NCBI GenBank assembly: GCA_029940535.1
Contig: JAPYUM010000001.1
Span: forward strand, 76,773 to 140,772
DNA: 64,000 bases
DNA from: Vicinamibacterales bacterium
GTDB taxonomy: Bacteria; Acidobacteriota; Vicinamibacteria; Vicinamibacterales; UBA8438
Direction: 5' to 3'
A program made the position numbers and the translations under genes. This document shows positions 1 through 9,000 of the stretch, in pieces (positions within the stretch are counted from its first letter, which is position 1; every line of letters starts with the position of its first letter). Under the pieces are notes generated by a model. The model did not search any database. It worked only from the letters and a program-made list of their open reading frames with translations, and was not told the origin of the DNA.

Positions 1-240
1 AGCGCCGGCGAGAATTGGGACCCGACCGTCCGCCGCTTTCACGACCAGATCAACGACGTGCCGCTGTTCGGCGCCGGTCAAGGTTGGGTTCTCGCCGGTC
101 GTACCACACGGCACCAGAAAGTGGATTCCAGCGTCTATCTGTCTGGCGGCGAGCCGGTGGACTCGCGCATCGTCGATCGCGCCGCCGGCCGTAAACGGCG
201 TCACGAGCGCCGTGCCGCATCCAGACCATCCTTTCGTCAT
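1..240 (-). CDS. dapA: 4-hydroxy-tetrahydrodipicolinate synthase, N-terminal 80 aa (gene runs off the window start)
   Basis: Not in the ORF track because it is open at the window edge. ATG at 240..238 overlaps the dapB stop (ATGA). My translation is MTKGWSGCGTALVTPFTAGGAIDDARVHRLAARQIDAGIHFLVPCGTTGENPTLT..., which matches the DapA N-terminal signature (TALVTPF, CGTTGE). Confidence 0.8.
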   Translation of the reverse strand, partial: MTKGWSGCGTALVTPFTAGGAIDDARVHRLAARQIDAGIHFLVPCGTTGENPTLTGAEQRHVVDLVVKAADGRVPILAGA

Positions 241-932
241 TGTCCGAGCCCCAGCACATCGCGCATCGAGAACCACCCTCGCCGTCCGTGCAGCCAGCGA
301 GCCGCCTCCAGCGCGCCGCGTGCGAACGTGGCGCGGTCCCGGGTGGTGTGGGTGAGGGTGATCGTTTCGACCGGACCGTCGAAACCGACCGTGTGCGTGC
401 CCGGAGCTGACCCGACCCGGGTCGACGCCATGTCGACCGTGCCGGTGTAGCCCTGTCGTTCCATCGCCGTTCGCATGGCCAGCGCCGTGCCAGATGGCGC
501 ATCGATCTTCGCGGCGTGGTGGATTTCGTGAATCCAGGCGCCGAATTCCTCTCGTGGTTCGAACAACTCCGCCGCGCGTTCGGTCAGGGCCAGGAAGAGG
601 TTGACGCCCAACGAGAAGTTGGCGGCCGCGACCACGCCGATGCCGGCCTCGCCGGCTGTCGCCCGCATGGCTGCTTCCTGGTCTTGCCAACCGGTGGTGC
701 CGACCACGAGGTTCACGCCATGACTGGCCAGCCGCGGCAGGTTGTCCCTGACCGCATCCGCGGTCGAGAAGTCGATCGCCACGTCGACGTCACGCACCTG
801 ATCAGCCGTGATGCCCGCCCCGCCCCGATTGTTGTCGATGTCGAGGCGTCCAGCCACCTCGAACCCGTAGGACTCGCTGAGCTGGTCCACCAGCTTGCCC
901 ATGCGACCGTAGCCGATGATGAGCAGACGCAT
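237..932 (-). CDS. dapB: 4-hydroxy-tetrahydrodipicolinate reductase
   Basis: 231-aa ORF with an N-terminal Rossmann motif (MRLLIIGYGRMG) and EIHHAAKIDAPSGTA, both typical of DapB. Followed by dapA with a 4-nt overlap. Confidence 0.9.
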   Translation of the reverse strand: MRLLIIGYGRMGKLVDQLSESYGFEVAGRLDIDNNRGGAGITADQVRDVDVAIDFSTADAVRDNLPRLASHGVNLVVGTTGWQDQEAAMRATAGEAGIGVVAAANFSLGVNLFLALTERAAELFEPREEFGAWIHEIHHAAKIDAPSGTALAMRTAMERQGYTGTVDMASTRVGSAPGTHTVGFDGPVETITLTHTTRDRATFARGALEAARWLHGRRGWFSMRDVLGLGQ

Positions 933-934
933 CG

Positions 935-1390
935 CTATTGCGCCCCGTCGTCGCTCGCGACACCCGCTCGTATCACCCGGCGTATCACTGCCGCCGCCTT
1001 CTTGGCATCACTCTCGGTAGCGAATGTCAGGGTCGACGAAAATCGCTGGTCCACGACACCTGCCTCATGATCCCGGACCCCGATGCCGGCCCAGGCCACC
1101 GCGTTGGCCACGGCGTACGCGAATCCGGGCCAGTTATCTCCGTGCATCAGCAGCGTCGTGGCCGGAGAGAGTGAGAAGCCAGCCGATCGGGCCACCGCCG
1201 CCGCTCGCCGCCCTTCGCCGGCGTAGACCTCGACGACGTTGCGTTTCGCCCGCCCCGGAGCGGAACGGACGCGGACGACCTTGAGGTCCGCACCCTGTTG
1301 TGCGAGGGGTTCGAGCGCGTCGGCCAGCGCGCCGGGACGACGTGGCACCTCGGTGCGCCAGAGACCGATCTGTTTGACCTTGATATCCAT
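935..1390 (-). CDS. ACT-domain (amino-acid-binding) protein, two ACT-like halves
   Basis: 151-aa ORF ending 3 nt before dapB. Its composition and repeat pattern resemble tandem ACT-domain proteins. No obvious SD upstream. Confidence 0.55.
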   Translation of the reverse strand: MDIKVKQIGLWRTEVPRRPGALADALEPLAQQGADLKVVRVRSAPGRAKRNVVEVYAGEGRRAAAVARSAGFSLSPATTLLMHGDNWPGFAYAVANAVAWAGIGVRDHEAGVVDQRFSSTLTFATESDAKKAAAVIRRVIRAGVASDDGAQ

Positions 1391-1534
1391 GAAAGGAGAC
1401 GCCCCTGAGGAGCCGCAGGCTGTCGAATTCCGGTGATTATACTAGCAGCCCGTGTTAGAGCTAGTGTCGGGTCTCAGGCGTTGGTGGTATGTCCCGACGC
1501 GAGCATGGCAGGATGAATTGGAGCAACACTACTG

Positions 1535-2527
1535 ATGGTGGCGATACCAAACACGATGCGCGCGATTGGCATGTCCGGGCCCGGCGACCCGGATGTCCTG
1601 GTTTGCGGTGAACAACCGGTGCCCGATCTGAGCCCCGGCGAGGTGCTGGTCAAAGTGGCGGCGGCCGGGGTGAACCGAGCCGACTGTATGCAGCGGCGAG
1701 GCCAGTATCCGCCTCCCCCCGGTGCCTCCGAGATTCTGGGGCTCGAAGTGTCCGGCACCGTGGTGGCGCTGGGAGAAGCGGTGTCCGGCTGGCGGGTCGG
1801 CGACCCGGTCTGCGCGCTGCTGGCCGGTGGCGGATACGCGGAATATTGCGCTGTTCCGTCCCCGCAATGCCTGCCTGTGCCTGTGGGCGTCGACTTGGTC
1901 GACGCGGCCGCGCTGCCTGAGGTGACCCTGACAGTGTGGACCAATGTGTTCGAGCGTGGACGCCTCGCAAAGGGGGAGACCCTGCTCGTGCACGGCGGTT
2001 CGAGCGGCATCGGCACCATGGCGATCCAGGTGGCGAGCGCCCTTGGTTCGCGTGTGTTCGTGACGGCCGGTTCGGCCGAAAAATGCGGTGCGTGCGAGGG
2101 GTTGGGCGCCGAGCGCGCATTCAACTACCGAGCGGTCGACTTCGTCGAGGCTGTCCGTTCCGTGGCCGGCGGGGTCGACGTCATTCTGGACATGGTCGGA
2201 GGCCCGTATCTCGACCGCAACCTCGGGCTTCTCAATCTCGATGGCCGGCTCGTCATCATCGCGTTGATGGGCGGGGCTCGCGCCGAGATCGACCTGGCGA
2301 CGCTGATGCGGCGTCGCCTGGTCGTCACCGGCACGACGTTGCGGGCTCGGACAATCGAAGAAAAGCGGGTGGTCGTGGACGCCGTCCGCGAGCGGGTGTG
2401 GCCGCTCATCGAGTCCGGACGGGTGCATCCTGTGATTCACCAGCGGCTGCCGTTGGCCCGGGCCGGAGAGGCTCACCGGGTGATGGAAGACAGCACCCAC
2501 ATCGGCAAGCTGCTCTTGGTTGTTTGA
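1535..2527 (+). CDS. qor: NAD(P)H:quinone oxidoreductase (zeta-crystallin / MDR family)
   Basis: 330-aa ORF with GEVLVKVAAAGVNRAD, the nucleotide-binding motif GGSSGIGT and C-terminal HIGKLLL. An alternative start at ATG 1556 (MRAIGM...) is possible. Confidence 0.85.
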   Translation: MVAIPNTMRAIGMSGPGDPDVLVCGEQPVPDLSPGEVLVKVAAAGVNRADCMQRRGQYPPPPGASEILGLEVSGTVVALGEAVSGWRVGDPVCALLAGGGYAEYCAVPSPQCLPVPVGVDLVDAAALPEVTLTVWTNVFERGRLAKGETLLVHGGSSGIGTMAIQVASALGSRVFVTAGSAEKCGACEGLGAERAFNYRAVDFVEAVRSVAGGVDVILDMVGGPYLDRNLGLLNLDGRLVIIALMGGARAEIDLATLMRRRLVVTGTTLRARTIEEKRVVVDAVRERVWPLIESGRVHPVIHQRLPLARAGEAHRVMEDSTHIGKLLLVV

Positions 2528-2553
2528 GCGGACGTGGCTGGTGTTCGGGAAGA

Positions 2554-2581
2554 CTTCCAGCCATCGTCATCTGGCTGGAAG
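2554..2581. terminator. Hairpin between convergent qor and treT
   Basis: 10-bp stem CTTCCAGCCA / TGGCTGGAAG with an 8-nt loop. No clear U-run on either strand. Confidence 0.3.
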
Positions 2582-2635
2582 CGCCAGACACGCGCTTGGT
2601 CCCCCGGACCGGGGTGGCAGTAACCTTCTCGGCGG

Positions 2636-3877
2636 TCAAGCGGGCCTGGCGGTCAAGAGCGACAGGTCCATGTCGCCATGCTCCATCGCCAACATCAACA
2701 GCAGGTAGTCGCGGATGTGTCGGGTGGTGAGGAAGTTCTCCTTCACGTGATCGTGTCCGGCGTCGCCCAGCGCGTCTCGCAGTTTTGGGTTCCCAAGCAG
2801 CTCCACGGCCCGGTTGGCCGCCCCCTCGGGCGAGTGGACGAGGAATCCGGTCACGCCGTTGAGCAGCTGCGATCGGATGCCGCCGACGGCGCCACCAATG
2901 ACAGGCTTGCGTTTCCAGAGCGCCTCGGTCACGGTGAGGCCGAATCCCTCCTTTAGTGATTTTTGCATCACGACCGTCGACCCGCGAACCAGGGCGTTGA
3001 TGTCCAGGTCGCTGAACGGCGGCAGTTCCAGGATGTGAATGTCGGGGTCGTCTCCCGCCGCCTCGCGCACTTCTCGAAGGACTTCCTCTCCCTCTGGGTC
3101 GTCGGTCGCCCCGCCGCCCGCGAGTAGGAGTTGGCAGTCGTGGCGCCGTCGGACCAGTCGATACGCCTGCATCACCCCCAGCGGATCCTTGAGGCGATCG
3201 AATCGAGATATCTGGGTAAGGATGGGCCGCTCTGGGTCCATCCCGTATCGCTCTACTACCGCCCGAACTTCGGCGTCGGGGATGTCTCGGTTCTTGTCGC
3301 CGAGGGGGTCGATCGACGGCGGTACCATGTATTGGGGAATTGCGAGCTGCTGAGCGAAATCGGGCATCGAAAAAATTGACGCGTCGTATTGCGCCACGTG
3401 GTCCTGCAGGAACCCCCAGACCCGCGGATCCGGTGTCGAGACATCGATGTGGCACCGCCAGATCCAGCGGCCGCCGACGTCTCGTTTCTTCGCGATCAGA
3501 CCGGCCGGCTGGGGATCATGCACGATGACGACGTCGCCGTAGGTGTTCAGATCCGCCAGGTTCATTGCGGTCGTGTCCCGAAAGACCTGGAACATCTCCT
3601 CCGTGATGTGTTCTTCACCTCCGTGTAGGGCGTTGTGAAACGCCTTTGTCACCGCGAAGAAATCCTGATTGCCCTTGATGACGTCCCACGTCGTGTCGAT
3701 CCCGAGATCGCGAAGGAGAGGGACCATCCGGGTCAGGATCTCGGCCACACCACCACCCACCGAGGTGGAGTTGATGTGCTGGAGTCGGCGGTGACGGACA
3801 CGGTCGGCAAGCAACAGCAGTTCGTCGATGACCTGGGACCCGACGATCGGCCGGTAGTCTTCGAGGTGGTCGCTCAT
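2636..3877 (-). CDS. treT: Trehalose glycosyltransferring synthase (GT4, TreT family)
   Basis: 413 aa. Long colinear similarity to archaeal/bacterial TreT as I recall it: HINSTSVGGGVAEIL..VPLLRDLGI, FFAVTKAFHNALHG, HDPQPAGL, WRCHID, PPSIDPL, QISRFD..KDP, DDPEG, EGFGLTVTEALWKRKPVIGGAVGGI. Confidence 0.85.
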   Translation of the reverse strand: MSDHLEDYRPIVGSQVIDELLLLADRVRHRRLQHINSTSVGGGVAEILTRMVPLLRDLGIDTTWDVIKGNQDFFAVTKAFHNALHGGEEHITEEMFQVFRDTTAMNLADLNTYGDVVIVHDPQPAGLIAKKRDVGGRWIWRCHIDVSTPDPRVWGFLQDHVAQYDASIFSMPDFAQQLAIPQYMVPPSIDPLGDKNRDIPDAEVRAVVERYGMDPERPILTQISRFDRLKDPLGVMQAYRLVRRRHDCQLLLAGGGATDDPEGEEVLREVREAAGDDPDIHILELPPFSDLDINALVRGSTVVMQKSLKEGFGLTVTEALWKRKPVIGGAVGGIRSQLLNGVTGFLVHSPEGAANRAVELLGNPKLRDALGDAGHDHVKENFLTTRHIRDYLLLMLAMEHGDMDLSLLTARPA

Positions 3878-4518
3878 GTCTGGGCTCCGAGCTGGACAAT
3901 GTCGCGCCGAAGCTCGTCTAGCGTGCGGACATACGGGTTCAACCCGTCGATCGCGGACGCGAGATCCGGGCGTCCGCGGTCGGTGAGCCAGCGGGAAAAG
4001 TCGTTGGTCTGGCGGCCGAGCCTCAGCCGGGCCTCGAAAAAGTGGAAATGCAGGGAGGCGTGCGAAATCGACGGCACTTTCTTGAAAAAGTCGCCGACGT
4101 CGTCAGCCACGAGTCCCGTCGGCAGCACAAAGCTTCGTGACCGGCAGAAATGGAACGCCTCCTCCGGGCGGCATTGGTAGCCGGGCCGATCCAGATTGTC
4201 GAGATACGTGTCAATCGTCCGAAGCAGTGCGTCGCGAAGTTTCGCAATGCTGGTGAATGCGAGCAGGTCGATGGCGGCCAGTTTCTCAGCCAGGGGTTCT
4301 TCGCGAAGCGTCTCCGAGACCCATCGCGCGAAGTCGTTGTAGCGGGCCGTCGGCTGAAAGTCGTGCGCCAGATACTCCTGATGCGTGTGAAGGAACACCG
4401 ACGACTCGGATATCCGTGCGAGCTCCGTCCTCAGTTCTGGCAAGGTGCGAGCCTTGATGCCGGTCACGACCACGAGGTGGAACTCGGTGTCGAAGATGAA
4501 CGATTCCTGATTGGTCAT
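3874..4518 (-). CDS. Hypothetical protein translationally coupled to treT (resembles the uncharacterised family I recall as DUF5752; not verifiable here)
   Basis: 214-aa ORF whose stop overlaps the treT ATG (ATGA at 3877..3874). No recognisable catalytic motif. Confidence 0.55.
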   Translation of the reverse strand: MTNQESFIFDTEFHLVVVTGIKARTLPELRTELARISESSVFLHTHQEYLAHDFQPTARYNDFARWVSETLREEPLAEKLAAIDLLAFTSIAKLRDALLRTIDTYLDNLDRPGYQCRPEEAFHFCRSRSFVLPTGLVADDVGDFFKKVPSISHASLHFHFFEARLRLGRQTNDFSRWLTDRGRPDLASAIDGLNPYVRTLDELRRDIVQLGAQT

Positions 4519-4547
4519 CGATGTGATTCACTGGCTCGGTGCCTAAG

Positions 4548-4593
4548 CACCAGGGGTCGATCCGCCAGCAGTGCTGGCGGATCTGGCGGGTCC
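4548..4593 (-). promoter_or_regulatory. Two adjacent dyads in the 5' UTR of the DUF-treT operon
   Basis: GGTGC-CTAA-GCACC (4548..4561) and a perfect 11-bp stem GATCCGCCAGC-AGT-GCTGGCGGATC (4569..4593), lying 30-75 nt upstream of the ATG at 4518. Confidence 0.25.
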
Positions 4594-4836
4594 CATCCCA
4601 GCCGCTCGGGAATAGCGACTGCGGCGCTCTGTATCGCGGGGGCCGTCTGCGTATCGAGTGCGGCGAAAAACCGGGCCGAAACGAAATGACAGTACGCAGT
4701 CGTTGAGCATCGGTGCGTGAACGGGTAGTGAGGCGACGACGCCTCTTCCCGCAGTATACTGGCTCTCCGCGTGCGTGGTTCGTCGCGCGCCAATGCTCCG
4801 GTGGCGGGGCATCACAGTCTTTCAGGAGGTCGTGAC

Positions 4837-5079
4837 TTGGCACGTGACAAGGTCGGCCGCAACGATTCGTGCCCTTGTGGCAGCGGCAAGAAATACAAGC
4901 GGTGCTGCGAGACCAAGGAGCATTCGCTGAGTCCAGGCGCCTGGATGGCGATCGTCGGAGTGGCGGTGGCCGCGGTGGTCGCGGTGGTCATGAGTTTCTC
5001 GGTGACCGCACCGCCGCCGTCCGAGGTGGCCTGTCCGCCCGGCCAGGTGTGGTCAGGCGAGCACGGGCACTGTCACTAG
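4837..5079 (+). CDS. SEC-C motif (SecA C-terminal-like Zn finger) small membrane protein
   Basis: [13 protein letters not shown] motif, one hydrophobic helix ([17 protein letters not shown]) and a Cys/His-rich tail ([15 protein letters not shown]). Start chosen at in-frame TTG 4837, 7 nt after AGGAGG (4824..4829). The ORF track extends to 4771. Confidence 0.6.
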   Translation: MARDKVGRNDSCPCGSGKKYKRCCETKEHSLSPGAWMAIVGVAVAAVVAVVMSFSVTAPPPSEVACPPGQVWSGEHGHCH

Positions 5080-5209
5080 TGCGACGACGTAGTCGCGCGG
5101 CCGTGCCGCTTGGGTGAGTTTTTCGTGAACGGGTCCGTGGCTCAGGCCGGCTACCTCGCGCCAAGATTGACGAAGGGGTCGCGGCCGTGACCCAGTCGGT
5201 CGTGCGCCC

Positions 5210-7804
5210 TCATCCGCCGCGCTTGTCCTGAATACCCAGCACCCGTTCGAGATCGCCGCGGAGTTCCTCTTCCATCCCCGGCGACAGTTTGTCGCCGTTC
5301 CGCGTCAAATGGAACACGTCGATCGCTCGGTCGCCTTCGGTGGAAATGAGGACCAGTTCGATATCGCATCCATGTTCGGACATGACGCGGCTGATGCCGT
5401 AGAGTAGTCCCCACTGGTTGGCGCCGCCGATCTCGAGCACCGTGTAGCGGTCTGAATAGTGGTGGTCGAAATGCACGAGTTTGTGCACACGCATCTTGTC
5501 GCGGCGTGACCGTGCCGCCGCTTCGCGTCCCTTGAGCATCGCCGGGAGGTCGACATCGCCGGCGACGACATCCTGGAGCACGCGCGTCAACTCGGATTGC
5601 CCCGCTTCGTTCAAGGCCAGGAACTGGTCGGCGTCGACGAACCGGAACAGATCGAGCACCACGTTCTGGGCGTTGCTCATCGCCTGTCCCCGCAGGATGT
5701 CCATGCCGAAGTAGGAGAGGACGCCGCAGACGTTGGAGAAAATCCGCGGGCGGTCCTTGGTCACCACGCTCAACTCCCACACATCGTCCTGCTTGTCGAG
5801 CGTCATCCGGAGCTCGTCGGGCTCCAGGTTGCGCGAGAGGCGGATGTGGTCGTATACGGTCTGTGGCTCGACCAAGCGCAGATAACGCTGTGGGAGCCCT
5901 TCCAGAAACGCCGTGACTTGCTGTTCCGAGATTTCAGGTGGTCGCCGGGCGCGTAGCGCTGTGACGGTCGACTGCTCGGTCGCGATCACCTCGTCGCCAT
6001 AGCCCAACGTGAGGTGGTTGTAGGTGTCGACATACAGACGCCACAACAACTCTTCTTTCCACGGCGTGAGTACTTCCGGGCTGACGGCCTGGACGTCGAC
6101 GAGCGTCAACAGACACAGCATCTTCAGTCGGTCCTCGGTCCCCACGAGACGTGCGAACTGGCGCGCCACCTCGGGGTCCTCACTGTCCCGCCGAAATGCG
6201 GCGACTGACATTTCCAGGTGATGTCGGATCAGGAATTCCACCGTGTGGATGGAGTCGGGGGCGATACGCAGCCGCCGCAGCGGCCCTCTGACCATTCGCA
6301 CGCTTTCCTCGGCGTGATTCTTGTTTGACCATTTGCCGACGTCATGGAACAGGAGGGCTAGGACGATTAGCTCAGGTTCATCGAGTTCTGCCAGGAGGCT
6401 CGAGAATCGTCGCCGGGCCTTGACATCAGGATCCGCCAGAGTCGAGAGACCTCGGATGGTCAGGAGCGTGTGCTCGTCGACCGTGTACTTGTGATAGAAG
6501 TCGCGAAGGACCCTGCAGTAGATCTTCCGGAATTCCGGGAACATTCGACCCAGTAGACCGGTCTGGTGCAGTTCGGACAGTCGCTCGTAGAGGCCCGGCG
6601 TCGGGGTCAAGAAGCGAAGGAACGTGTCTCGCTCGGCCGTGCCCGGAAAGAACTCCTCGGAAGTGTAGCGGTCTCCGTGGCGTTCCACGAACGCCAGGCT
6701 CTCCGGCGACACCGCGCAGCCGTGGTCAATCGCCGCCTGGAACAGACCGAGCCAGGTGCGTGGCTGGAGCGACGCTCTGACGCTGTCAATGAGACTGATG
6801 CCATTGATATCACGCCGCAAGTTGTCGCCGGCCGGCGCTTCAGGCACCGGCTCGGGGGGCGGCTTCGCTTCCCGCACCGCTGCGGTGAGGATGCGGCTGA
6901 CGATGCGCGCATGATGGAAGTACACGCTCATGAGCGCTTCGACCTGCCCGCTCGTTTCAGAGCCAGGCGACCCGAAGCGTTTCGCCACCGCTTCCTGATG
7001 CTCGTGACTCAGTCCGTTGAGATTGCGCGTGTTCGCCAGATGTACGAGCGAGCGGATTCGAAGAAAGAACTCTTCGGCTTCATCGAGCGCCTCATCCAGG
7101 CGGCCGGCCATCATCGGCACCGCTCGCGCGGCGTTGGGCTGGGTAAGGCGGACGAACGTGCGAATAGCCGAGACGTCGCGAAGCGCGCCTGGGGCTTCCT
7201 TTACATCAGGTTCGAGCTGATAGATGGTCGCGTTGAATTGATGATGGCGGTCGGCGACCAGGCCAAGCAGTGCGTCTATCGTCGGCTGGCGCCACACGGA
7301 CTGGGCGCCATGGACGAGGGAAGTGAAGCGGGCGAACAGCCTGGTGTCCCCAGCCAGGAAGCGGGAATCCACGAGTGCGGCCAGAAATTCTGGATTGTCC
7401 CGCGGCACCTCTTCCAGTTCGTCCAGTTGTCGAACTTGCTGGCCGATCGTGAGCCCAAGGTCCCACAGGGGGTGCAGCAGGGCCGTCACGAAATTCTCCT
7501 CGGCGGTGGCGATCTCGCCGTCGAAGAGGAACAAGAGGTCGATGTCAGAGTGGAGGCACAGGTGTCGGCGTCCATAACCGCCAATGGCTACGAGCGCCGC
7601 CGGGGTCTGGGTCTGGGTTGCCGCCTGGCGGTGCAGCAGTTGCAAGATTTCGTCGACTCGGGTCGAGAACTGGACGGCCGCGCGGGCGCCGCCCCGAGCC
7701 GCTTGGATCTCATCCCGATACGTCGCTCGTGCCGCCCGTAGCGAGTCGACGGGAGCCGCACCCGCCAGCGTCGACGCATCGGTGTTGTGCGTAGTCTGCG
7801 CCAT
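5210..7804 (-). CDS. glnD: Bifunctional [protein-PII] uridylyltransferase / uridylyl-removing enzyme
   Basis: 864 aa. N-terminal nucleotidyltransferase (GGYGRRHLCLHSDIDLLFL), HD domain (LLFHDVGK) and two C-terminal ACT-like regions. Confidence 0.9.
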   Translation of the reverse strand: MAQTTHNTDASTLAGAAPVDSLRAARATYRDEIQAARGGARAAVQFSTRVDEILQLLHRQAATQTQTPAALVAIGGYGRRHLCLHSDIDLLFLFDGEIATAEENFVTALLHPLWDLGLTIGQQVRQLDELEEVPRDNPEFLAALVDSRFLAGDTRLFARFTSLVHGAQSVWRQPTIDALLGLVADRHHQFNATIYQLEPDVKEAPGALRDVSAIRTFVRLTQPNAARAVPMMAGRLDEALDEAEEFFLRIRSLVHLANTRNLNGLSHEHQEAVAKRFGSPGSETSGQVEALMSVYFHHARIVSRILTAAVREAKPPPEPVPEAPAGDNLRRDINGISLIDSVRASLQPRTWLGLFQAAIDHGCAVSPESLAFVERHGDRYTSEEFFPGTAERDTFLRFLTPTPGLYERLSELHQTGLLGRMFPEFRKIYCRVLRDFYHKYTVDEHTLLTIRGLSTLADPDVKARRRFSSLLAELDEPELIVLALLFHDVGKWSNKNHAEESVRMVRGPLRRLRIAPDSIHTVEFLIRHHLEMSVAAFRRDSEDPEVARQFARLVGTEDRLKMLCLLTLVDVQAVSPEVLTPWKEELLWRLYVDTYNHLTLGYGDEVIATEQSTVTALRARRPPEISEQQVTAFLEGLPQRYLRLVEPQTVYDHIRLSRNLEPDELRMTLDKQDDVWELSVVTKDRPRIFSNVCGVLSYFGMDILRGQAMSNAQNVVLDLFRFVDADQFLALNEAGQSELTRVLQDVVAGDVDLPAMLKGREAAARSRRDKMRVHKLVHFDHHYSDRYTVLEIGGANQWGLLYGISRVMSEHGCDIELVLISTEGDRAIDVFHLTRNGDKLSPGMEEELRGDLERVLGIQDKRGG

Positions 7805-8149
7805 GGAGAGACTCTACGCCGCCACGACGGATGCGCTGATCAGGGCGACCAGACCCGTCGCCGCTGCGCCTCGCCACATCGCTGCCATGTGCCCTTCATC
7901 GGACTACCAACAGTCCGAGTGATCGAGCGATCCTACCAGAAGATTGGCGAGGGGACGGAGAGGAGCGCCCGGCGTCGAATGGCGGTGACGCCGGGCGCGT
8001 GTCAGAGCCCTAGGTTTTCTGGCGGGGCAAGCCCATCTGGCGTTGTTGCTTCCTCGGTCACAGGCCGCCTGCCTGCTCCCTCGTCGCACCTGGCCAACTG
8101 GTGGTCGCCACGCTCCGAAAACCGTTCCACGTCGTGCTGCAGAACCCTC

Positions 8150-8887
8150 CTAGAATTCGAACGTCTTGCCGATGCCGAAGACCAGGGTCAGCCCGGGCGT
8201 CGGGAGCCCGGCCGAGTCGAACAGGCCCGAAAGCTCTGCGTCGCTCAGGATCCCCACGATACTGAAGTCCAGTTCTGCCGCCGCGAAGCCGTAGCCGACC
8301 TCCCCATAGTTACCGCTGAAGTCGGAGCCGAAACCTGCGACCGTGCCGTAGAGTCCCCCTTGTGAGATCGTGACCCCGGTGAACCAGTAGTTCAGCGTGG
8401 GCCCAGTGAAGTTCTCGTACTGCCCGAACGAGAATTCGTAGCTCACGGGGCCCCCGCCCACATTGATATTGGCCTCGAGATAGGTGTCGTCGAACTCACC
8501 CGTATACAGGTAGCCGGTGAACCCGACGCTGCCGTTGAAATTATCCCCGCCGAATCCGACACTCCCGAACAAGTCGATTTCTGCGCCGTCTCCGACGTCC
8601 GCCAGCCAGGTGCCCACTGATACGGGTCCCGCGCTCAGGTCCAGACCGGCGCTCGCGGACGATTTTTCTTGGAAGATCCCACGATAGTAGTACTGACTCA
8701 CCCAGCCCGCATTGGCGGACACCGAGGTCTCGACTTGGGCTTCGGCGGTGACCGGAGCCAGTAGCGCGAGTGCGATGGCTGCTATGCCGAGCGTTCCTAG
8801 CTGTTGACCGCGCCTGCGCGCTCTCGCGCGTCCCACGACTGTTCCCACTCTAACTCCGACCGGACCTTGCGTTCGCATCAACGACAT
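8150..8887 (-). CDS. Outer-membrane beta-barrel porin-like protein (TorF / Gcw_chp-like)
   Basis: Signal peptide ...AIALALLAPVTAEAQ, then alternating aromatic/Gly beta-strand pattern ending in F. Motif SQYYYRGIFQ resembles the Gcw_chp family often found next to amtB. Start at ATG 8887, preceded by GGAGG (8899..8895). Confidence 0.6.
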   Translation of the reverse strand: MSLMRTQGPVGVRVGTVVGRARARRRGQQLGTLGIAAIALALLAPVTAEAQVETSVSANAGWVSQYYYRGIFQEKSSASAGLDLSAGPVSVGTWLADVGDGAEIDLFGSVGFGGDNFNGSVGFTGYLYTGEFDDTYLEANINVGGGPVSYEFSFGQYENFTGPTLNYWFTGVTISQGGLYGTVAGFGSDFSGNYGEVGYGFAAAELDFSIVGILSDAELSGLFDSAGLPTPGLTLVFGIGKTFEF

Positions 8888-8915
8888 CTTCGTCCTCCGT
8901 ATCTGGTTGCTAAGC

Positions 8916-8931
8916 AACAAGTTGATTTCCC
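8916..8931 (-). promoter_or_regulatory. Candidate sigma-54-type promoter for the porin gene
   Basis: Minus strand reads GGGAAATCAACTTGTT. GG and TTG(T) have the -24/-12 spacing, and the core TCAACTTG is shared with the glnK promoter. The -12 element is GT rather than GC. The site is 29-44 nt upstream of the ATG. Confidence 0.35.
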
Positions 8932-8941
8932 TTTGAGTGAA

Positions 8942-8968
8942 GCTCGGGCGGCACGCTGCCGCCCGAGC
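8942..8968 (-). terminator. GC-rich hairpin just after the amtB stop
   Basis: GCTCGGGCGGC(A)-CGC-(T)GCCGCCCGAGC, an 11-12 bp perfect stem. No strong U-run, so it may be a partial terminator or a stabiliser between amtB and the porin gene. Confidence 0.4.
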
Positions 8969-9000
8969 CTCGGATACAGCGTTGCAGGCGCTCAACTCTG

